In this document: piece by piece, positions 53,570 to 64,000 of the stretch | Position numbering within the stretch: the first letter of the stretch is position 1 | How the letters are laid out: the number at the start of each line of letters is the position of its first letter | Source: Eledone cirrhosa | Lineage: Eukaryota | Direction of reading: 5' to 3' | Assembly: GCA_964016885.1 (NCBI GenBank) | Contig: OZ024751.1 | Span: 36,828,001 to 36,892,000 of the forward strand | DNA: 64,000 nucleotides | Position numbers and translations under genes: made by a program | The notes under the pieces: model-generated | What the model saw: only the letters and a program-made list of their open reading frames with translations | The model's database searches: none | Told to the model about the DNA's origin: nothing

Positions 53570-53689
53570 CTGTATGTGTTGTTGTCAGAGCTCACACCTA
53601 TGCAGGTTTAGCTGGCCTTCTCCAAGGTATATCTCGTTGGAGGTGTCTTGGGTGATTTAATGATAGGGACCCCAGTCCTATCATCTCAT

Positions 53690-53828
53690 TTCTACAGCCG
53701 AGTAAACTGGAGCAACGTGAAATAATGTGTCTTGCTCAAGGAAACAACACATCACCCGGTCCAAAAATTGAACTCACAACCTTTCGATTGCAAGCCCAAT
53801 GCTCTAACCACGAAGCCATGCGCCTTCA
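53690..53828 (-). mobile_element. tRNA-derived SINE (third family)
   Basis: Minus strand: GAAGGCGCATGGCTTCGTGGTTAGAGCATT...GTGAGTTCAAT...CCTTGAGCAAGACAC...TTTCACGTTGCTCCAGTTTACTC. Confidence 0.75.
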
Positions 53829-54295
53829 CACATATATATACATTATCTAAAAGCCAGATCCGATCAATTCTGCCCTCCTACTATGCCCAAACTCCTACCA
53901 TCTACACTAAATGCGTCTTGATGTGTAAATCAGCAGCTGGACATAACCATAAAATATGAACTGAGAAGAGTGTTGAACCCTCATACATCGTTATACGACG
54001 GGAGAGTCCACCACACACACACACACATATATATATATATTTATATATATATATACGCGTGTACATGTGTGCGCGCAGGTGCAAGTGTATATGTGTAGGA
54101 TTGTAACTCGGAAATCCTACCATGGCCACCTGTCTAATAGTCTCCCCGAACATCTCCGCTATTTCCCCAGACTGATAAATGCCAGATATTCCTTTCTATT
54201 TTCTCTTTTGCTTTGATTCATTTTGGTGAAACATCTTCAGAATTAACAGCTGTACATATTTCTATACCACTACTATCACACGTTCAAGTAATTTC

Positions 54296-54331
<36 letters not shown>

Positions 54332-54344
54332 GTATATATAATAT

Positions 54345-54389
<45 letters not shown>

Positions 54390-55153
54390 TATATATATAA
54401 AGCAACATAAATACATACATATATATATATACATATACATATCCCTACACCCATACACTCTTATATACATACATACCTACATGCATACATATATACATAC
54501 ATATATAGATACATACATACATACATATATACATAAATACATAAATACATTCATACTTACTTACTTACATACATACATACATACATACATACAAATTTGC
54601 CTAGAAACTTCACAAAACCTCACACACCCAAATACTCGTAAAAAAATAAAAAAAATAAAAAGAAACAATCAAACTCCCAAACTAATGAATTTCTGATGAA
54701 AAGGTTTGTTCTCGACTTTGTTTAAGACATCATCGCCATTACTGTACACCATCAGAAGCCATCACAAACATGAAAAAACATCAGTAAGATTAGAAACATC
54801 AGAAATAAAGCAACGATCAGCCAAGTACGCTTTACTATACGTACGAACTGTGGAAATGTAAACAAAAGGAAAGAAATGAGAGAAGCGAGAGGATTAAAAA
54901 CAAAAAAAAGATTGAGTTTTAAGTTTTGATGGACTCATCTGTGCAAGATAGAAAGAATATTTTCCCAACAGCGTCTTAGAAAAACCAAAGTATTTCCTTC
55001 CCACCATGATGTTTGTAAGAAATGTTCACCCATCAGAATAATCAGTCAAAATTTACTTGAAGTTTGTCTGTCTGCCTGTCTGTCTCTTTCTCCCCCTCTC
55101 CCTCTCTCTCTCTTTATATATATATATATATCTTTCTGTGTATGTCCCCCCCC

Positions 55154-55190
<37 letters not shown>

Positions 55191-55322
55191 ATCTTTCTGT
55201 GTGTATGTCCTCTCTCTCTTTCTTTCTCGCTCTCTCTTTTGATTGCTAAGCAGTGAAATACCAAGCCTTGTAAGTAATGGAACACCAACTCCATGGTAAA
55301 GAGATTTGGGGAAGCTTTAACT

Positions 55323-55413
55323 CGTTTGTCCGTCATCATCATCATCATCATCATCTTCTTCATCAGTACCATCATCATCATCATCATCATCATCATCTTC
55401 ATCAGTACCATCG

Positions 55414-55455
<42 letters not shown>

Positions 55456-55494
55456 CCCTCATCATCATCATCATCACCACCATCACCATCACCC

Positions 55495-55542
<48 letters not shown>

Positions 55543-55580
55543 CCACCATCACCATGACCCTCATCATCATCATCATCATC
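55323..55580. repeat. (CAT)n tract
   Basis: Direct reading. Confidence 0.95.
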
Positions 55581-55866
55581 TTTCGCACTGGTGTTGATTT
55601 AATCGACTTACCCCTCCCCACTAAATTGTTGGCCTTGTGCCTAAATCAAAACTATTATTATAGTTGTTGCTGTTGTTGTAGGTGGTGGTGGTGGTGGTGG
55701 TGTTATTATTTTATCGTTATTTTCACTTACAAATTTTCACCCTCCCACGCCCTCACACTCACCATCTCATGCTTCACTCCCCCCCCCCCCCATTATTTCC
55801 GGTCACCATCTCTCCCTTTCTCTTTCTTTCTCTGTTATCTATCTATCTATCTATCTGTACTTCTAG

Positions 55867-56059
<193 letters not shown>

Positions 56060-56165
56060 TGGAAAATGTTCAGATTTTCCTATGTATATATATATATATA
56101 TGGGGGGTATGGGAGGGTGTACGTTCAGCTGACATTCTGGTTCCTCTAGCTCCACGGCAGCGGGC

Positions 56166-56207
<42 letters not shown>

Positions 56208-56555
56208 GGTATATATATAGGGAGAGGGGGGGGGGGGAAGAGAAAGCAGTGTTCTAAGAGAAACATTAGTAAAGAGAAGTGAAACTCGAAAAATGTTCCG
56301 ATTCCGTGGGAATGGTTTTTTTTTTTTTCAACGAAATGTTATGTCGTCTGTATTTCACAAGAATCTGGTGTTCTGCTGTTCTGCTATTTCTGTAACACAA
56401 CTGGGAAACTGAAACAGACATTGTTGTGTTGTGTGGGTGGTAAAGATATCCTTATTTCTGAAACAAATTTCAGAAGACTAGATAAGAAAATAACATGAAT
56501 GATGATAGTTAGTGAAGTGGAGGTGGGTGGTAGAGGAGAGAGAGAGATAGATAGA

Positions 56556-56665
<110 letters not shown>

Positions 56666-56814
56666 GGGGGGGGACTGAAAAAAATGTGTGTGAGAAATAA
56701 AATGCAATATGCTAGGGAGAGATATGGATAGCTAAAAAAAAAGTAACTTTACAAAACAGACATAATATATTCACATATACACATACACACATACGTGTAT
56801 ACACACATATACGT

Positions 56815-56854
<40 letters not shown>

Positions 56855-57073
56855 GATGAAGTAGGTGATTAAAATACCACTGTAATTAAAACATTCATAT
56901 ATTAACTGAATGAATACTCATTACATGTAAGCACAGTGTGAAATATTATATTCGGAAGAGAAATTTGGCAGTTTGTACATGTCATATAACACGTACACCC
57001 CCACCACATCACACCCACACGTACATACACACATCCACTCATTCACAAATATAAACATATCCACCCACCCATA

Positions 57074-57115
<42 letters not shown>

Positions 57116-57170
57116 CACACATCAACCTCCATATATATATATGTGTATATACACACACACATTAACCTCC

Positions 57171-57205
<35 letters not shown>

Positions 57206-57211
57206 CGTGCG

Positions 57212-57242
<31 letters not shown>

Positions 57243-57249
57243 GTGTGCG

Positions 57250-57282
<33 letters not shown>

Positions 57283-57607
57283 TGGTATGTGTGTGTGTAT
57301 GTGTATGTGTGTGTGTGCGTGTTGGTGTGTGTGTGTGTATGTGTGTGTGTGTGTGTTGATGTGTGTGTGTTGGTATGTAAGTGTGTTGGTGTGTGTGTTG
57401 GTGTGTTGGTGTGTGTGTGTGTATGTGTATGTGTGTGTGTCTGTGTGTGTTTTAATATAAACACCACTGTTCAATCTTTAATGTCTGTTTCTCAAGTGTA
57501 CGATTGAGATAAAAGGTGGTAACTTTGACATTAACAAACAGAACGTGGCTTCTGTTACGAACCCCACAAATAACTTCAAAAACAAAACCTCCTTGATCCA
57601 GGAAAGT

Positions 57608-57678
57608 AAACTACGAACGTCTGGAAACTACGAACGTCTGGAAACTACGAACGTCTGGAAACTACTAACGTCTGGAAA
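57608..57678. repeat. 17-bp tandem repeat, 4 copies
   Basis: AAACTACGAACGTCTGG. Confidence 0.9.
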
Positions 57679-57739
57679 CGATGGAATTTAACAAACTGAT
57701 AAACGATAAACTGTTCGTCCTTCTCGACAAACACACACA

Positions 57740-57786
<47 letters not shown>

Positions 57787-57806
57787 AGACCCCCCCCCCC
57801 ACACAC

Positions 57807-57838
<32 letters not shown>

Positions 57839-58349
57839 GTATATATATATCAAAGGTATATAGTGAGTTAGAAACTCAAAATAGACTCTTACAATTAAAT
57901 ACAAACCGAAATTGTGGCAATTTCGGTTTGTATTTCTTTTCCAATTTATTCTTTTAAATTGAGTCTGGCAAACCGTATTGTTCATAGTTAGTATTTGTTT
58001 CACCCCAGCGAATCTGGTCCTTTACGATTTGAACACGTATATCTATATATCTGTGTTTATCTCTCTTTTATAATCAATTATATATATTTATATATATATA
58101 TATATATATAATCCTCTCTCGTCACTCTACACATGCATTGAGCAACTTATTTACATGGTTTCCCTTGACAGAACTCAGGATCAACATATATATATATATA
58201 TTACACATACATACACATAGGCACGCACACACACACACATACACACACATACACACACACACACACACACGCACATACATACACACACACACACAAATCC
58301 CCAACATGCAGACACATTTAGAAACTATACATACACCACACACACACAC

Positions 58350-58381
<32 letters not shown>

Positions 58382-58384
<3 letters not shown>

Positions 58385-58611
58385 CGAAGGAAATGTGGTA
58401 AGGAACCAGATGGACTATAACGCACCAAAGTACTCAATACTTAGGGTAGTAGAGTGGGTAATAGGAACGAGTAGGACCCGACGGCTGAGCTCAAGCCGTT
58501 TCGACGGCTAATTCTGGACTAATTGTAGTCGGCTAATTCTGGACTAATTGTAGTCCAGAATTAGCCGTCGAAACGGCTTGAGCTCAGCCGTCGGGGTCCT
58601 ACTCGTTCCTA
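58382..58611. mobile_element. Fold-back element, family C
   Basis: Tail plus a palindrome with an internal duplication of about 25 bp at the fold point. Confidence 0.9.
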
Positions 58612-58634
58612 TATATATATATATATATATATAT

Positions 58635-58843
58635 GATTCCAGTTCCTCAGTGAAATAACAACCCAACCAGGAACTGGGCATATCAGGTTATTGACAAAGT
58701 TATACACCTCAACAACATGTGTACTCGTCTCTACCACACTAATTCGGACTGCCGGAAGAGGTCACAACTAAAGATGGCTGTCACCGAAATATATATAGCA
58801 GTAATAAACGAAGCCAAATTTTAAACATTTGACTTATTTATTT

Positions 58844-58850
<7 letters not shown>
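58635..58850 (+). mobile_element. Family B solo arm (hammerhead core mutated to CGGAAGA)
   Basis: Colinear with 26609-26827; bounded by (TA)n. Confidence 0.85.
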
Positions 58851-58894
<44 letters not shown>

Positions 58895-59455
58895 TGCTTG
58901 AGGATATATGAGTATGAACTAAATGTATGTTTATTTTATGCTTTTTACATTGATGTACTCCCTACATTCCTCTGCTGAGATCCCCCCCCCCTCTTCTAAA
59001 TCCTTGTACTAAACAGCATGTATAGAATCTTGCCTCTGTCTCAGATTCACTTCCGGTACAATGCCATTTTTTATTTAAACCGTTATAATCTCCTTCTCTC
59101 TTACCAGCAGCTAACCTGTGGTTCACTCAAGGGAAGAATTAACCGCATCAAACTCGTCTAACCCTTTACCCCCAATCAATATTTTTTTCTCCTTTCATAG
59201 AAGATGTTTTATTTTACAGGCTACCAGCTCTTGTTGTTGTTTACTACTGGGTTGCTATATAGAGAAAAACAAAACAAATATATATATATATTTCATATGT
59301 GCAATCTTTCCTCTTTTCTTACCCTGTCTCCATACGACACTCTTTCTTTCTCGCTTTTTTTCTGACAGTTACTCGGCTAGGTTTATATACAGAAGACATT
59401 CACGTTCTCACTCACACAAACACGCTAACACACACACACATATGTATGCGTGTCT

Positions 59456-59643
59456 CGGTGGATTGGCAGTATCTGTAGAGGGTAGGACGACATGCTTTGC
59501 AGCAAAGAGCTACGGCCCTTTATGGTCTGAGTTCAAATCCCGCCGAGGTTAACTTTGCCTTTCATCCTTACGGGGTCGATAAAATAAAGTACCAGTAATA
59601 CACTGAGATAATTGCTGGCCTTGTGCCAAAAGTAGAGACAATT
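59456..59643 (+). mobile_element. tRNA-derived SINE (Meta-like core), full length
   Basis: A box, B box, core and 3' end. Confidence 0.9.
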
Positions 59644-59808
59644 ATATATATACATCATGTCTAATATAGAAATGGCTTTTACAGGACGAGAACTATTTCA
59701 TTCAAAAGAAATCATCACGATGTTTACTATCAACTAATGTATTGTGTACCTTACTTTCTTACCCCGATTGAACCCAGGACACACACACACACACACTCTC
59801 TCTCTCAT

Positions 59809-59864
<56 letters not shown>

Positions 59865-60078
59865 ACACACACACACACATATATACATACACAAGTAGGA
59901 CCTCTTGTACTTGGAAAGCTGGAAACGATATAGAGATTGAGATATTTATGCTGGGTTATTTTTTCCAGTAGCCATGGTGAAGCATATCAGATCTTTGGAA
60001 ATCTCATCATAAACGTTTGTTAACCGGATAAACGGGCTGTGTTGTTAATTTTTTTTTTTTCAATATAGTAGTATACTT

Positions 60079-60672
<594 letters not shown>

Positions 60673-60906
60673 TAAAACAGAAGACAGATAATTAAAAAGA
60701 GATTGAGAAACGATGAGAATGAAAGAAGATGAGAAAAGAAGAACGAGATAGATAGAAAGAGAAACACTGAGAAAGACAGAGAGAGAGAGAGAGAGGGGGG
60801 GCGAGACGGAGGGAGAGAAAGAGGATGGTATCTGATCTGAACATTTGTACGCTTAAAAAGGTTGACGGACATATAACACACATGCACACACACGCACACA
60901 CACACA

Positions 60907-61002
<96 letters not shown>

Positions 61003-61726
61003 CACATATATAAACAAGTCTCGGACCCTACTTCTGTCAGAGTTGTGTCCCGTTGACGTTGATCCGTGTCTCCTGTCACCGAATCATTTAAACAATTCAT
61101 TTATAATTGGACAGGTGCAAGGGAGATTTCCGTTGTGGCTTTATTATGTTACGTATTCCCCTCACACACACCTGTATTGTTGAAAATACACCCCAGGCTT
61201 GTAGCCTAAGATGAAATAAAAGACAGAATGTAAAGAAAAAATAGAAAAAAAACTCTCACAAACATATCTATAAATGGAAGAAAAAAAACAGCATTATTTT
61301 TGTATTCCATTCTGTTAAAATTTTTTCTCATTCTTTTAAAAGTCATTTTCAATTGATTAACCCTTTAATTACAATATTACTAATGAAAATAATAAAATGA
61401 TAAAAGAACACAGCAGAGGATTTTGAAATCGTTTAAAAAATAACCAAGATCTTGTTAGAATTTATAAAATCTCTATAAATAGATGTACGGGTACTCACAT
61501 ATACACACTCCCATATATATATATATTGAGTGAGAGTAAAAGACTGAAGCCCACTATTGTTCTGGATGTGTTGAGTATATTTCACGATGTTCTGCATTAA
61601 TGACGACAGTTATATATATATATTGTAGTAAAGACTTGGTAAAAAAATATCCCAGTAACATAGCGAATTGTTATGTTGGCGTTAACTAACACGCTAACGA
61701 AACACACGTATTTACGTTATACAGGC

Positions 61727-61828
<102 letters not shown>

Positions 61829-62029
61829 GTGTGTGTGTACATATAGGCATACAATCTCACGTACATACATAGGTAAATATATACACATGTATTTATTACT
61901 CTCACGTACACAAATATGTATATATATTCTACCTATTTATCGACTATCAAACTATTTTAATTCGAAAATTATAATTTCTGTAGTTACATAGTTACATATA
62001 CTGGTGCAAAATATGTTTACATTTCATCT

Positions 62030-62073
<44 letters not shown>

Positions 62074-62127
62074 TACCTTGTCAGAGAATGTCTGGGGCAT
62101 GGTTGTATTTCTGATATATATGTATGT

Positions 62128-62248
<121 letters not shown>

Positions 62249-62948
62249 CAAAAATTACACCCATGCCTCAGAGACTTTCACATAAAGTACTTACACTTAC
62301 ACACTCAGACACACATAACTAATCTAATAAGAACTATTTTTCTATGTTCCGCTTCAGGGCTAACTAAGTGAGATGAGCAAGCTGGTAAAATTGCATTAAG
62401 CAATCCATGATTTCTTACGTGTCTGTTTACGAAAAGTTATCGTTTCCCCCGTCGATACATATGATTTGTTCGTCAAATATTATTCATCATTTTACAAGAA
62501 TTTCGTGGCATATTCTTCAACTTTGGCTAAGTCTCTTGCTGGGTGTTTACACATGGAATTATGACATAGGAAACAACCTGCTGAAGGCATCGATCTTTTA
62601 GTTCTTTATATTTTTATTTCAAAATTATTCAGAGTGACTTTTGGAAATAATTTATATACCTCCATAAACACAGACAGACTCTGGCACATGCACATACATG
62701 TTCGAACATGTATAAAATTAGAGACATATTCACACGCATATTATGTGTGTGCGTGTGCATATATATATATATGTTTAGTTATGTGTGTATGTAGGTATGT
62801 ATGAGCATGCATATACACACAAATTTAACTCTTTCTCACTCTCTCTCTCTCTCTTTATATATATATATAATATATATATATATATTTATATATATTCAAA
62901 GTCTACACCCACGTCTACACCCATACAGTCTTACATCTATATGAGCGA

Positions 62949-63074
<126 letters not shown>

Positions 63075-63707
63075 ATAATGAAAGATAAAACATGAAGAAG
63101 AAAATTAGAAATACAATTTACAACAATATTGCGTAAACTACATCAACAACATAGTGAACAACGCGAAGTACAATAAAACTATGCAAAAGTAAGAGAAACA
63201 AGAGAAGGAACGAGAACAAAAACGAGAATAACAAGGCATGGGAACAAGAATAACGCCATTAAAAAGTATCACAATAGGTAGGTGTAAAGTTTTATAGATA
63301 TGTTGTTGCAATTTCCTTTAATTATCAAAGGTTGATAAAACAACAAATAAAATAGAAAATCTAAAAACAAAAAAACAAAAACAGAACAAAACAAAAAGAA
63401 ATAAAAACATGTATACGAATATAATCTAAAGCAACATTAACAATAAGAAGAAGACCAACAACAACAGCAGAATAAAAGACATTGAAGAAATATATAGTTG
63501 TGCCAGGAGAGAAAGTAAAATAATAATGATAAAATATTGTTGTGAGAATTCTGAAAAAAATACAACACAAATAATATGAAAATGACGAAAATAATATTAA
63601 AACGGAAATTAAAACAACAATGTTGCATATAACATATATATATATATATGTGTGTGTGCGTGTATGTGTATAGATAAATATATATATATATATATATATA
63701 TACATAC

Positions 63708-63765
<58 letters not shown>

Positions 63766-63792
63766 ATACATATAGATAAATTAAATAAATAA

Positions 63793-63823
<31 letters not shown>

Positions 63824-63824
63824 A

Positions 63825-63863
<39 letters not shown>

Positions 63864-64000
63864 GAAACTATATACAGCTCATATGTTCCAGAAGAAATCC
63901 ATAAAAGTACGAGGCATTTATAAAAGTCTTAGATAAAAATTCAGACAATTCAGTTAGAGCTGCTAGAAACTCTATGGCACATTTGGAAAGGATTTGAAAA

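Noticed and set aside
59090-59230. Three polypyrimidine-AG acceptor-like sites
   Set aside because: No matching donor or plausible exon frame could be identified.

Overview
Eukaryotic, AT-rich, microsatellite-saturated intergenic or intronic DNA. The SINE repertoire resembles octopus families as I recall them (tRNA-derived SINEs with a Meta/MESC-like core and OK-like SINEs), so the source is most likely an octopod cephalopod. I found no convincing host protein-coding exon, and almost all listed ORFs are simple-repeat artefacts. Real coding remnants are three RTE-clade LINE 3' ends and the N- and C-terminal pieces of an R4/Dong-like restriction-endonuclease retroelement set in (ATAC)n. There are also four minisatellite arrays and a mariner-type MITE. 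The most striking signal is a set of at least 6-8 unrelated families of short (100-550 bp) non-coding elements that sit almost exclusively in (TA)n tracts. Most are built as fold-back palindromes with a one-sided tail and carry minimal type I hammerhead ribozyme motifs (CUGANGA-stem II-GAAA-palindromic stem III-NUH), so the same ribozyme is often encoded on both strands. They look like non-autonomous Penelope-like (pLTR/retrozyme) elements with a TA-microsatellite target. Unique islands between the repeats share exact ETS, CTCF-like, YY1-like and nuclear-receptor-like motifs, suggesting dispersed cis-regulatory elements. All calls were made by eye; no database searches or folding programs were run.
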